Source: Octopus bimaculoides (taxonomy: Eukaryota). From it: a stretch of 64,000 bases of DNA. Location: positions 115,141,463 through 115,205,462 of the forward strand of contig NC_068984.1 of NCBI RefSeq assembly GCF_001194135.2, in the 5' to 3' direction. The position numbers were made by a program, and so were the translations under genes. The notes under the pieces are model-generated. The model was not told the DNA's origin. It did not search any database and saw only the letters and a program-made list of their open reading frames with translations. Of the stretch, positions 26,385 through 39,691 are shown piece by piece. Position 1 is the first letter of the stretch. Each line of letters begins with the position of its first letter.

Positions 26385-28029
26385 GCCTAGCGCGCACACT
26401 CACACACGGACATATATATTCACAAACTTGCAAAAGATCACATAGAATGAAACTCGAATAGTAAACAGAAATCTTTCTTATGTGTGCGTTTTGTTTTGTG
26501 TGTGTGTGTGTGTATATATATAGAGAGAGAAAGTGAGAAATAGATAGACAGAGGGAAATAGATAAAATATAGCATATTTTGTGTTCCTTCTTGTGTGTGC
26601 TTGTGCGCGCGTGTGTGCACATGCGTACATGCGTGCATGCGTCAGTAGAGAGTGAGGGTGATAACTTAAATCAATATTGTTTTACAGATATTTATTACTT
26701 GGTGTGAATATTTATTGCAACAAGTATTTTCAGTCCTTATTTATATACATTTATTATTTATACATGACTATTAGATTACAAGCTCCTGAGGTGAACTGAT
26801 TATTTTTCACAACTCTGGACCCGTCTTCCTCAATAGATAAATATATGTTTACTAAAATAACATAATTATAGAAAATATTAGATCCAATACAGTTCGGCTT
26901 TTGTACGAACATTTCGCGACCTTTCTGTCCTATTTCGAATTTATAAAACCCAAAGTAGCCTGAAGTGAGACAGTGAAAGACAGAGATACAGAAAAGGAGA
27001 GAGAGGGAGAGAGAGAGATTAAGAGAAATAAAGATGAGAGGAAGCGAAATAAACATTCAAAGTAAGAAAATTCGGCTTGTTTTATGGAAACAATATACCA
27101 GCTATTTCTCAAAGGTGTTCTTATCAGCTCACAATTCTGTAGTGTTTATTTTAACATTAGCTTTTCAGTAACATGACCATCAGATCGGTTAGTATTTATT
27201 ATAAACTATGTAATAAATATTAAATGTAACGATTACTTGGAATTGCAAGCCGAAAACAGAAACCATAGTAATAAAAATAACTAAATATAAATGATTTCAC
27301 ATTTATTCACAAAACCAGCAGTTTTAAATGGAGAGGATAAGTCACTATCATCAACCTTAATACTTTGAAGGTACTTTCTTTTATATTTCATTGGCCAAGG
27401 GAGGGTGAAAAGCAAAGGTGGCCTCAGCCAGGTTTGAATTCGAAATATAAAGAGTCAGAACAAATGTAGTGATGCATTTTCTCCCGACGTACTCCCGATT
27501 CTACCAGTTCATCACCTTAAAAAATATAATTATCATAGGATATTAAAATACCCAACCATCTCAGCATCTAAATGAAGGAATAAAAATTTGAACCACTGTT
27601 CATTTAATAATGTAAGTTTAAAAATATTTATTTATTGACCTACGGTAAATGCAATTAAATATTAAATGGTTTCTGATTTAGTGACGGGGCCAGCAATTTT
27701 GAGGGGAATGCGTTAGTTGATAACATCGATCCCAGTACTTAACGGTGCATTAGTATATTTGTCGAGCCCGGTGGGTGTAGGGGATGAAATACAAAGTCTA
27801 AAATGAGAAGAAAAATGTAATAGGAATCTCGTAATAAAAATATTTCATCGTACAGAAGAATGCAAAACTTACGAAGTATGTAGCTATTGTATGAGAAAGG
27901 TTAAACTTATGTAAAAATAGGCTCAGACACAATTGTGTGGTGAAGACATTTGCCCCAATGTCATGTGATTCCACGTTCAGTTCCACTGAACCATCTTCAA
28001 TTCCATTTCTAATGGCACTCGCCTTGACC

Positions 28030-28270
28030 AATGGCAGCCCAGTTTCCGACAGCCATTAACCGGTCTATGACTAATCTTTATATTTTGTATCTTTTCATTT
28101 GTCTTGCTCGCTTACGTTCTAGTGCTTGCTGAATTTTCTTGAGAACAATCTTTTCTTAGTGGTCAGACCATAGGTGGTCTTCTTCTAGCAAAAGGGATGT
28201 CCACTTAGTGGTCATCCCTCTTATATCTTTGTAATATAATTTTTCTGAATCTTCACATTTTTCAATTTGC
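28030..28270 (-). mobile_element. Decayed RTE-like LINE 3' relic
   Basis: Minus-strand PFARRRPPMV resembles the RTE RGRPPxRW motif; heavily decayed. Confidence 0.3.
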
Positions 28271-28825
28271 TAGGCCACTGGTTTTAAATTGATATTAATC
28301 AAATTAATATTCAATTTTTCACCCTTATTATATGTGTGTGTGTGTGTGTGTGTGTGTNNNNNNNNNNNNNNNNNNNNNNNNNNNNNNNNNNNNNNNNNNN
28401 NNNNNNNNNNNNNNNNNNNNNNNNNNNNNNNNNNNNNNNNNNNNNNNNNNNNNNNNNNNNNNNNNNNNNNNNNNNNNNNNNNNNNNNNNNNNNNNNNNNN
28501 NNNNNNNNNNNNNNNNNNNNNNNNNNNNNNNNNNNNNNNNNNNNNNNNNNNNNNNNNNNNNNNNNNNNNNNNNNNNNNNNNNNNNNNNNNNNNNNNNNNN
28601 NNNNNNNNNNNNNNNNNNNNNNNNNNNNNNNNNNNNNNNNNNNNNNNNNNNNNNNNNNNNNNNNNNNNNNNNNNNNNNNNNNNNNNNNNNNNNNNNNNNN
28701 NNNNNNNNNNNNNNNNNNNNNNNNNNNNNNNNNNNNNNNNNNNNNNNNNNNNNNNNNNNNNNNNNNNNNNNNNNNNNNNNNNNNNNNNNNNNNNNNNNNN
28801 NNNNNNNNNNNNNNNNNNNNNNNNN

Positions 28826-28866
<41 letters not shown>

Positions 28867-29578
28867 GGTGAGAGACGGAGGAAGTCGATAGATAGATAGA
28901 TAAATAGATAGTCAGACAGACAGACATGAATGTAAGTGTTCGTGTAAACAATGGGCTTTCGTGATGTTTGTGCGAAAACACTTGTTGAAATAAATGACAA
29001 GTACTAACAATAAGAGAAGACGTTGATTTCAATAATCGATAAAGTATTTATGCTTGCAAAGAAAAAAAGAAAAGAAAATAGCGCTTTACCTATCTAGAAA
29101 TGTAATGTGTTTTACACTTCAATTATATTTTAATATTTTGATCATAAAATACATAACGTATATGGAAATTGCGTTACAAATAGTTCACCACCGAATATCT
29201 GAAGTTTTCTCTTAGTTGTTATAAACATACACATACGCGCCCTCGTATAACCATTCATGCACATACACTCAATCACAGAAACAGATGTGGATGTATATAT
29301 TCAAATATGCTTGCATATTGGTATATATACATATAGTGAAGTACGAATGTATATGTGTGTTTATATCCAAGGGGTTACATATTTGTATGTGTATAGACAT
29401 GACTGCATATAGGTACATATATTTGCGCACGTATAGATAGTGAGAGAGAGGTGGGAGAATGAGAAAGGGAGAGAGAGAGAGAAAGAGAGAGAGACAGACA
29501 GATAGAAAGAAAGAGAGACAGACAGATAGAGAAAGAGGAAGAAAGAGGGATGGATGTATATATATATGTGTATATATA

Positions 29579-29622
<44 letters not shown>

Positions 29623-29709
29623 NNNNNNNNNNNNNNNNNNNNNNNNNNNNNNNNNNNNNNNNNNNNNNNNNNNNNNNNNNNNNNNNNNNNNNNNNNNNNN
29701 NNNNNNNNN

Positions 29710-29766
<57 letters not shown>

Positions 29767-30430
29767 TTATATATATATATACATGTGTGTATTTGTGTCT
29801 GTGTACCTGTGAAGCTAAAAACGGTGAAGCTAAGTACACATGTGTATGTATGCATGTATATATATATATGTATGTATGTATGTATGTATACAAGTATGCA
29901 AGTTATTACTTGTATGTGTGCATATGTATACTTACATGTATATATTTGCATATATATGTACATATGTATAAAGAGATAAAATAAATATTTTATGTATGTG
30001 TGTGCTTGTGTGGGTGTGCGTGTATAAATACATAAGCATATGCATTATCTATTTATGCACCGCACACACACACACCTACACATATACACGCACAAATACA
30101 AACACACAGTCACATACACACACTCTCACACAGCCCACACTACCTACACTGTTGTTTGATTTCCACCTGGAGATATTTGTTCGAACACTGTATCATTCTC
30201 TTACCTTTGGCCTACTGAGTTTTCCAAAAAGCGAAAACAAAAACGCTCAGTTTGTTTTTATCATTAAATATTTTCAAGGAAAAACAAGAGTAACAACAAC
30301 AACAACGACAATGAAATTATGTATTTTATTGTTTTCAGTAATCTTTGCTGCTTCAATATCATTATTGTTGTTGTCGTTGTTTCGTGTTGCATTAATTTTT
30401 AGTTCTATATTTAAGAGATGAGGAATTATG

Positions 30431-30924
30431 TACATTATTTAATTTTGAAGGATATTTGTCCTCCTCTTGTTTGTTGTTAACACAACGTTTCGGCTGATAT
30501 ACCCTCCAGCCCTCATCAGGTGTCTTGGGGAAATTTCGAACCTGGATTCTCATTCCTAAGGTATTTTTCGATGTTATCATCATCATCATCATCATCATTA
30601 TTATTCAGGTCACTACGTGAAATCGAACTCGGAATCTTGGGGTTAGTAGCCCGCGCTCTTAACCACTACGGGCATATGGCGTAGTGGTTAAAAGCGCGAG
30701 CTACTAACCCCATGATTCCGAGTTCGATTCCAGGCAGTGACCTGAATAATAATAATAGTAATAATAATAATAACAACAACAACACCGAAAAATACCTTGG
30801 AATGAGAACACAGGTTCGAAATTTCCCCCAAGACACCTGATGAAGCATGGAGGGTATATCAGCCGAAATGTTGTGTTATCAACAAACAAGATGAGGACAA
30901 ATATCTGTTAAATGTAAATAATGC
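30431..30924. mobile_element. Head-to-head dimer of a tRNA-headed, hammerhead-bearing element
   Basis: Each ~240-bp arm reads outward: tRNA-like head (A box TGGCGTAGTGG 30677-30687, B box GTTCGATTCC 30722-30731), then (AAT)n, a linker, a hammerhead and an AT-rich tail. Confidence 0.85.
30479..30524 (-). ncRNA. Minimal type-I hammerhead ribozyme
   Basis: gacac-CTGATGA-g-ggctg-(gagggtatat)-cagcc-GAA-ACGT-T-gtgtt. Stems I and II are intact; stem III is a 4-nt ACGU palindrome that can pair only in a dimer. Confidence 0.7.
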
Positions 30925-31004
30925 AAATAATGTGCATTGATTTTATTAGAATAATGAACATTAACACAATTTCATCGTTATTGGTTAAGACGTGGAACGT
31001 TGAA

Positions 31005-31420
31005 CTAGCAGAACTGCCAGAGCGTCGAACAAAATGCCTCGTAGTATTTGTTGCAACTCGTTGCGTTCTGAGTTCAATTTCCGCTATAGTCAAGCTTTAC
31101 CTTTCCTCCCTTTTGGGTTCGATGTCATAAGAACCAGATGAGCTCTGCGGTCGATGTAATCGCCTAGCCCATTCCCCTAAAAATTTCAGGCCTTGTACCT
31201 ATAATAGAAAGGATTATTCGGATGATGAGCCAGCAGAATCATCAGTGCATCAGACAAAATACTTAGCAGCATTACTCCAGGTTCTTTACGCCGAGGTCGA
31301 CTTTGACTTTCGTTCATTCGAAGTCGGTAAATTAAATACCAGTGAAGTACTGAGGTCGACGATATTGACTAACCCCTCTCCTCTTAAAATTGCTGGCCTT
31401 GTGCCAAAATTAGAAAGAAA
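31005..31420 (+). mobile_element. Two partial SINE family A copies
   Basis: gcagaactgccag...gttctgagttcaatttccgc and gccgaggtcgactttgactttc...aattgctggccttgtgccaaaatt. Confidence 0.7.
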
Positions 31421-31946
31421 TACAGTTGCTATTATTATATTGCCACTGAAGTCACCTTTGCCTTTCATCCTTTCGGGATCGTTAAAATATAATGCCAAAT
31501 CCGATACTGAGTTGGATTCGTCTCTTTGTCTAACTCTATCTTTCCGTCTGTCTCTTTCTTTCGTTCTGGGAGAAATAGACTTTGGCGAGGAATGGGATCC
31601 CTCAACTCTAAAATGATCAAGACACTACGTATATCATGAACGGTACTCCTATGACGCCATCAAAGTGCTAAGATCCTATGCCAAAGCATGATAGAACTAA
31701 TTTTCATTTTATAAATAGATGTAGCAAATAACATTCGTTTGCTAATAAGAAACGACACTACACTCGAAATGCAGGCTACCAACAAAAGACCTAATAACAC
31801 AAGCTATTAAATCAAAAGGTTCTGACTTGAGTATTTAGACTAAACTGTTTAGACTAAATTTGTTTAGTCTAAAGTGGGTCTAAAGTGTTATCAGACTAAA
31901 GTGTTTAGACCTCAGTGAGAAGATCAAAGTATTTTAGATCTAAGTT

Positions 31947-32146
31947 CTCTTATACTCTTTTACTCTTTTACTTGTTTCAGTCATTTGACTGCGGCCATGC
32001 TGGAGCACCGCCTTTAGTCGAGCAAATCGACCCCAGGACTTATTCTTTGGAAGCCTAGTACTTATTCTATCGGTCTCTTTTTGCCGAACCGCTAAGTTAC
32101 GGGGACGTAAACACACCAGCATCGGTTGTCAAGCGATGGTGGGGGG

Positions 32147-32215
<69 letters not shown>

Positions 32216-32388
32216 TATATATACGACGGGCTTCTTTCAGTTTCCGTCTACCAAATCCACTCACAAGGCTTTGGTTGGCCCGAGGCTATAGTAGAAGACA
32301 CTTGCCCAAGGTGCCACGCAGTGGGACTGAACCCAGAACCATGTGGTTGGTAAGCAAGCTACTTACCACACAGCCACTCCTGCGCCTA
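31947..32388 (-). mobile_element. SINE family C, young full-length copy
   Basis: Minus strand: taggcgcaggagtggctgtgtggtaag (A box)...ggttcagtccc (B box)...(TA)(GT)n...gactgaaacaagtaaaagagtaaaagag tail; nearly identical to 36146-36585. Confidence 0.9.
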
Positions 32389-32637
32389 CAGATCTCCAGA
32401 TCTCTCAAAATCTTCACAGCCATGCGACTTCCTAAAGTGGAAGAGCGTTTTCGGAAACTGAAAGATGTTTGAGAAATATTTCATTATTGCAGGGCTTCGT
32501 ATAAGCAGTAAAATAACATCGTGTTGACATAATTTAGGTGTTTAATGAGTTGAAAACTTCACCCTCATAATCAAGATAATAAAAGTTAGTGACTTAAATG
32601 GAGTCTGTTTCTGCTTGCAGAGAACCCTCATATTGGT

Positions 32638-32885
32638 TTCAAATTTTGGCGCAAGACCAAAAACCTCAGAGGTGGGGGTAAGTCGATTACATCTACTCCA
32701 AAAATCAAATGGTACTTATTTTATCGACCCCGAAAGGATGAAAGCAAAGTCGACCTTGGCGGAATTTGAACTCAGACGGTAAAGACAGACGGAATACCGC
32801 ACAGCATTTTGCCCGGCGTGCTAACGATTTTGCCCGGCGTGCTAACGATTTTGCCCGGCGTGCTAACGATTTTGCCAGCTCGTTG
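32638..32885 (-). mobile_element. SINE family A with internal 21-bp triplication
   Basis: Family A body with (tttgcccggcgtgctaacgat)x3. Confidence 0.85.
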
Positions 32886-33619
32886 CCATAGAGAGCCTTG
32901 ATATTTGTGAAGTACTTGTAACCTAATGTCAGCTTCTATATTTAGGTTCCTCTTAAATATTTAAATTCTTTTTTGTTATCGAATATAGTGAAAAAGAACT
33001 TGTTTCACTGAAATATGTAGTTGGAAATTGCCTTGACACCTTTAAAGCTTTTCAGCTTTTAATAGGGTGTTTTCCATTAATAATGCAATGCAAAAAATTC
33101 TGTCAGTTCTACTTGTTGGGATTTTGATTGTAACTTAAAATCATTTGCAATGCCTATTCAATTTCCTATGTCTTTTTTCTTTCATTGAAAGTTTTCCCAA
33201 GTATAACGGGTTTATAAATGGGTTGTCAATTCGAAGCTACTCTTCAGTTTACACGTATCAGACAAACGTTATAAACTTGTATATTTTGTATCTTGACTCA
33301 AAGTTTGGGTTCAATTGTTTTTAGAATTACGTAAAAAAATTGGGTTATTCTATTTGAACGGCTTTTAAAACGTTCAACCAAACTAACGATCAGTGTTTGA
33401 TGTGGAGAATGGTATAGCTTTCTGACATATCCACTTGCTTGAATGCAATTTTGTTTAATAGTAAAAGAAAAACCACCGAGGTTTTCAACACACTTAACAT
33501 TATCATTGGTTATGTTGCTACCTCCACCACTCACTATCATTTTTACTTTACCCTTAATAATGTAAATTTTACTTCGGATTTTCAAAATATCCTGTTGGTA
33601 TATTGTATTTCTCCATTAA

Positions 33620-34234
33620 CCCTTCGCTTGTCCTCTGTGTCATGTGATACCCATGACATATTTCCCTGGCATCCATTCATCATATATGATACACTTACCC
33701 TTTTTTTTTCACTAGAGCTATCAGTGTAAGCTGAGACATATGAAAGCTTTATGTTACTCAGAACGTATAACCTAAAAGTCTGAAAACAAACAAGGACGTT
33801 TAACAAATTTATGAAAATACAAGAACAAGCAAAGGGTTGCTGTTGTTGGCACTCCGTCGCTTACGACGTCGAGGGTTCCAGTTGATCCGATCAACAGAAC
33901 GGCCTACTCGTGAAATTAACGTGCAAGTGACTGAGCACTCCACGGACACGTGTACCCTTAACGTAGTTCTCGGGGATATTCAGCGTGACAGTGTGACAAG
34001 GCTGACCCTTTGAATTACAGACACAACAGAAACAGGAAGTAAGAGTGAGAGTAAGTTGTGGTGAAAGAGTACAGCAGGATTCGCCACCATCCCCTGCCGG
34101 AGCCTCGTGGAGCTTTAGGTGATTTCGCTCAATAAACACTCACAACGCCCGGTCTGGGAATCGAAACCGCGATCCTATGACCGCGAGTCCGCTTCCCTAA
34201 CCACTGGGCCATTGCGCCTCCTCTAAGCAAAGGG
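33620..34234. mobile_element. piggyBac-type MITE (~220 bp) interrupted by a SINE
   Basis: TTAA(33616-19)-CCCTTCGCTTGTC ... (aac)AAGCAAAGGG-TTAA(34235-38). Confidence 0.7.
33839..34224 (-). mobile_element. tRNA-derived SINE family B with 12-bp TSD
   Basis: Minus strand: ggaggcgcaatggcccagtggttaggg...acggagtgccaacaac. TSD aagcaaagggtt at 33827-33838 and 34225-34236. Confidence 0.9.
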
Positions 34235-35899
34235 TTAACAGCGATCTTTAGCTTGGTTGAAAATTTTAAAAGATGTTCAAATAGAAATAACCCAATTTCT
34301 TTACGCAATTCTAAAAACAACCATACCAAAACTTCAACTCGTATTATTAGCTCAATTTTACAAAAATCTGACATTTCATGACTACATTTAGATACTATAT
34401 CATGAAAAAATTGCACGCTATCAATTTTTTTGACACATTTTGAAACCTGCCATGCATTTCACCAAATCTTTCCCACAGGACAGTTTTCTACAGGTGTACA
34501 TACTTCACCTGCTTTTGCCAGTCAGTACCAAATGCTGTGTGAAGCAAATAAGGTATTTAATTTTTTTTTTACATAAAATATAAAAATGCAGCTTTCCCTT
34601 GATCTAGTCCCAATACTTTCTCTTAAAAGATTTTGTTTTAATTCGAACGTGTTGTCTCTAAATATCACTTTAGTTTATTGGATTTAAGTTACAATTTAAA
34701 ACCTTTCCAAATCTAATACGCAATCCAGTGCATCAATCTGGGTCACACAGTAAACAATAAAACTTTCTCCATATTTTCTTTATTTTATTTATCCTTTGAA
34801 AATGAATCAGCTGTAGGCTAAAGCTAAGTCTTTCGTTTATGTTACTTGAATTCCGCCGCTTAGTAATTAATTTATTATCGATTTTAAATATTTATTTATT
34901 CGGGGATAAAAAAAATAGAGTGCGAGTTATTGATTACAGAAAATTCGTTACCTTCTCCACGCATGCAACAGAAAAGTCATTAAACTATTCAACAACAATA
35001 CTGTGCACTATTTTTAACAAACACTTCACATTTATTGTTGAGTGGACTGAAAGCAATTAAAAATTATTGCGTAATGCTAGCTTAAGTCGACAAATTTCAT
35101 CAGTTAAGCAGAATATACCCAGAATATTTCAACATCAAAACTAAGTATTTGTCTTGGTTAAAAATCACTATTTCTCCATTGACAAGTCTTAATGTTAGTG
35201 ATTGACGTTGAAGAAAGACTGGGAGCCACTTAAAATCAAGAGAGATAATTTCTACTTAATATATTACTATTACAATCAAAACCATTTCTTTGTCCTTCTT
35301 CAAATGTACTTAAGCTGTGTGCTACTCGAAATCTATTTGAAACACAAGTGTTTGTGATTGTTATGGCAGCATCGATAATTGTTCTTGATAGATCAGTGAT
35401 TCTAATGGAAATATCGCGATTGCTTTGGAAATATCAATGATTGTTACGATTTGCTTCGGATCTCTAATCTTTCTACCAGCGCCACCAATAAAATGATTAG
35501 ATGGGATGTATTTGGTTTCGATTTTCTATTTTTTATTGCTAGAATCTCTTCTTTTTCTGATTTATCGACTGAATAGTAATCAAGCAAAAGTTATTGTCGA
35601 ATTTATATATAAAGTCTTGTTAAGTTTGCGTGTGTCTGTGTGTGCGCATATGGGTGTCTGTGTGTCAGAAGTCTATGTTGCATTATCTTCCTCCTCCTGT
35701 GCGTGTGGCTATGTATGTGAATATGTATGCATGTGTGACAACTACGTAATTGCTGAATGAGTGCAAAACATTGGATATGTTGAAGGTCGAATACAGAGGA
35801 GAGATAAAAAGATAAACGATAGAATTATTGGATGGAAAATGCATGTCCCAGGTGTGTATATATATGTATGTTGAACTTATGTGGTATTCATTGATTTAA

Positions 35900-36090
35900 C
35901 AGCAGTGAATTTACTATGTACGCGTATAATCGACTCGCTAGAAATAGCAGCAAAATCCTCCTTCCTTCAAATTATAACCTATTGTCTTCAAAATAAGATA
36001 CATTCGACACAGTTTTAGATATAAGAATTCGGGAGTGTTACAGTTGAAATGCCCTTCAATCCTAAGCCTATTTAATCATACTGACATATG
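35900..36090 (+). repeat. Old interspersed repeat family (class unresolved)
   Basis: Shared motif ctagaaatagcagc...aaat...cct..cttc(a)aa at 22430, 35930, 53130 and 62640, and inverted near 63430-63640. Confidence 0.5.
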
Positions 36091-36145
36091 ATTTTAAAAT
36101 GTTATCTAGGTGTTTCATTCAAAATGAATAATAATTTTTTTTAAA

Positions 36146-36363
36146 TACTCTCTTACTCTCTTTTACTCTTTTACTTGTTTCAGTCATTTGACTGCGGCCA
36201 TGCTGAAGCACCGCCTTTAGTCGAGCAAATCGACCCCAGAACTTATTCTTTATAAGCCTAGTACTTATTCTATCGGACTCTTTTGCCGAACCGCTAAGTT
36301 ACGGGGACGTAAACACACCAGCATCGGTTGTCAAGCGATGTTGAGGGGACAAACATAGACACA

Positions 36364-36421
<58 letters not shown>

Positions 36422-36585
36422 CGACGGGCTTCTTTCAGTTTCTGTCTACCAAATCCACTCACAAGGCTTTGGTCGGCCCGGGGCTATAGTAGAAGACACT
36501 TGCCTAAGGTACCACGCAGTGGAAATGAACCCGGAACCATGTGGTTGGTAAGCAAGCTACTTACAACATAGCCACTCCTGCGCCT
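36146..36585 (-). mobile_element. SINE family C, young full-length copy
   Basis: Same structure as 31947-32388. Confidence 0.9.
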
Positions 36586-36809
36586 TAACAAACCAAGCAT
36601 TTATAGTAATATGAATATTAATGCATTTATGTAGCTTATAACAGGGACTGGCAGAAAAACTTCCCATATTTAACACGGCTTTGGCGTGGGGCTAGTAAAG
36701 TATGGCAGGTAGTAACTGTATGCTATTGTAGCTAACGTCCTATCGTTCTCCTTTTTAGTTATCTTCTTAGTTTGGACTAGTGCACGTTGTGCATTTGCTG
36801 TTGAAACTT

Positions 36810-37200
36810 TTATCAAAAATGGTGAATTGGGGTTTTTGCCGCACCCCGTAGAAGGGTATGTGCATGGCCTTCCATCTACAAAACTTGAGGTGGATTCTCA
36901 ATCACGAACAATGAGGTCCTGGCGTGCACGCATATACCCAGCCTTCTCATCATACTGCAACTACAACGCCTCTGCTGATTGGGCCATACAGACGGCACGT
37001 CAGATAGGCGGGTCCCAAATGACATACTCTATGGTGAACTGACCGCCGATAAGACAACACAGAGTCTACTCCCATCTTCGTTTCAAAGATATCTGCAAAA
37101 GAGACGTGAAGTGTCTTGATATGAGCATTGCATATAGGAGGACATTGCTGATAATCACTCTCGCAAGAGACTGGAACTAGACAAAGATTTAAAAAGATGA
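36810..37200 (+). mobile_element. RTE LINE 3' fragment
   Basis: NEVLACTHIPSLLIILQLQRLC*LGH...RVPNDILYGEL...HLRFKDICKRDVKCLD (with frameshifts) matches the RTE ORF C-terminus. Confidence 0.8.
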
Positions 37201-37239
37201 GTGGTGAAAGTGCTTTCTAATACAGTCACTGCAGCTGGG

Positions 37240-37590
37240 GTGGAGGCGCAATGGCCTAGTGGTTAGCGCAGCAGCCTCGCGGTCATAGGATCGCGGTTTC
37301 GATTCCCAGACCGGCCGTTGTGAGTATTTATTGAGCGAAAACACCTAAAGCTCCACGAGGCTCCGGCAGGGGATGGTGGTGAACCCTGCTGTACTCTTTC
37401 TTCTGTTGTGCCTGTAATTCAAAGGGCCAGCCTTGTCACACTGTCACGCTGAACATCCCCGAGAACTACGTTAAGGGTACACGTGTCTGTGGAGTGCTCA
37501 GCCACTTGCACGTTAATTTCACGAGCAGGCTGTTCCGTTGATCGGATCAACTGGAACCCTCGATGTCATAAGCGACGGAGTGCCAACAAA
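37240..37590 (+). mobile_element. SINE family B (small internal deletion)
   Basis: gtggaggcgcaatggcctagtggttag...gcgacggagtgccaac, then an N gap. Confidence 0.9.
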
Positions 37591-38463
37591 NNNNNNNNNN
37601 NNNNNNNNNNNNNNNNNNNNNNNNNNNNNNNNNNNNNNNNNNNNNNNNNNNNNNNNNNNNNNNNNNNNNNNNNNNNNNNNNNNNNNNNNNNNNNNNNNNN
37701 NNNNNNNNNNNNNNNNNNNNNNNNNNNNNNNNNNNNNNNNNNNNNNNNNNNNNNNNNNNNNNNNNNNNNNNNNNNNNNNNNNNNNNNNNNNNNNNNNNNN
37801 NNNNNNNNNNNNNNNNNNNNNNNNNNNNNNNNNNNNNNNNNNNNNNNNNNNNNNNNNNNNNNNNNNNNNNNNNNNNNNNNNNNNNNNNNNNNNNNNNNNN
37901 NNNNNNNNNNNNNNNNNNNNNNNNNNNNNNNNNNNNNNNNNNNNNNNNNNNNNNNNNNNNNNNNNNNNNNNNNNNNNNNNNNNNNNNNNNNNNNNNNNNN
38001 NNNNNNNNNNNNNNNNNNNNNNNNNNNNNNNNNNNNNNNNNNNNNNNNNNNNNNNNNNNNNNNNNNNNNNNNNNNNNNNNNNNNNNNNNNNNNNNNNNNN
38101 NNNNNNNNNNNNNNNNNNNNNNNNNNNNNNNNNNNNNNNNNNNNNNNNNNNNNNNNNNNNNNNNNNNNNNNNNNNNNNNNNNNNNNNNNNNNNNNNNNNN
38201 NNNNNNNNNNNNNNNNNNNNNNNNNNNNNNNNNNNNNNNNNNNNNNNNNNNNNNNNNNNNNNNNNNNNNNNNNNNNNNNNNNNNNNNNNNNNNNNNNNNN
38301 NNNNNNNNNNNNNNNNNNNNNNNNCTCTTTCAGTTTCTGTGTTTCCGTCTCCTAAATCCACTCAGAAGGCTTTGTTTGGCCCGAGGCTATAACAGAAGGC
38401 GCTTACCCAAGGTGCTACGCAGTGGGACTAAATCTGAAACCGTCTTACCACACAGCCACGAAT

Positions 38464-38534
<71 letters not shown>

Positions 38535-39476
38535 GTGTGTATATATATATAATGCAGTAAAGTTTGTGCCAGAATATCCTCTTGTTTCACTCCATATCAT
38601 ATCATATATTTATATCGTTACTATGTTCTAAGTTTAAATCATGTCCAGAATAAGATTCTTAGCGCTGTAGAGAAACAACGAAGAATAAAAATAGGGATTT
38701 TGCGGACAATATCACACATATATAGAATTATTGTAGAGATACGCGTTAGTTAAGAAAATTGTTAGACTATTCTCATCCAACGTACACCTCTACAGAATAA
38801 TATTTCTTGCATAGTTTTTTTCTTATATAATATAATATTGATATAAAAGACAAGTTATTTTAATTACAGGGCTGCTGTTTACAGTCGACGTGACTTCAAG
38901 CGTCAAGCGAGAATTTATGTTTCCATTTCCTATTTTTTATCAATAGACCAGCTGTCATATTGGCAACTGCAATATTTATATCCTGCAGCTTGGTTTTAAA
39001 ATATAGGATTATACATATTACAAATAGAAATTTTTTTAGAGCTAGTTCGGACCAATAGATATGTTTAGTTTTCAGCTGAAAAGTGTATTTCAAACACTTT
39101 TAGATAAGAACTCTATTGGATAGTTTTATATACAAAATGAAAAAACAATGAAATTTAATTATATAGCATCATATTCCGTTGCAAAATAAATCATGTCATA
39201 TATATATATAAGTATCGTTGCTATTATGCAAAAGTGTCGTAAGTCTAAAATGTTGCTTTTTCCATTACTAAACCGTTGTGATACACTTTGACAATTTTCA
39301 ATTTTCATATCTTGACATCTGAAGCAACTGAAGATACGATAGTTTGACCAAAATACAATATTTTCAAATAAACAATACTTCATTCTTCATTACATTGCAT
39401 CTTGTAGCAGAAACAGTTGCAAGCTAATGATGTTCATGGCATAATTTCTTATTCCCTTGTCATTTCAATTTGTTTT

Positions 39477-39517
<41 letters not shown>

Positions 39518-39691
39518 TAAAGTTTATATGCCAACAGAATATAGCAGTCTTATAAAGGATGATATTACTGTTGTTTTACCCCCAGGAAAATAGCTTTTCC
39601 AGCTGGCTATCGAAACACAATTTGTGTCCGTATGTCATTTGCAAGTGGCGGGGGGGGGGGTCATCGCTTTCATCTCTACCTTTACGTGATG

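Noticed and set aside
30670-30742. Genuine tRNA gene (also the SINE heads at 37240, 45478, 59592)
   Set aside because: A and B boxes are present, but the acceptor stems do not close and each continues into a repeat body.
39575-39630. caggaaa-atagc...gctatc-GAAACACAATTTGTGTC hammerhead-like
   Set aside because: The 3' half is plausible, but the 5' core differs from CUGANGA at three positions.
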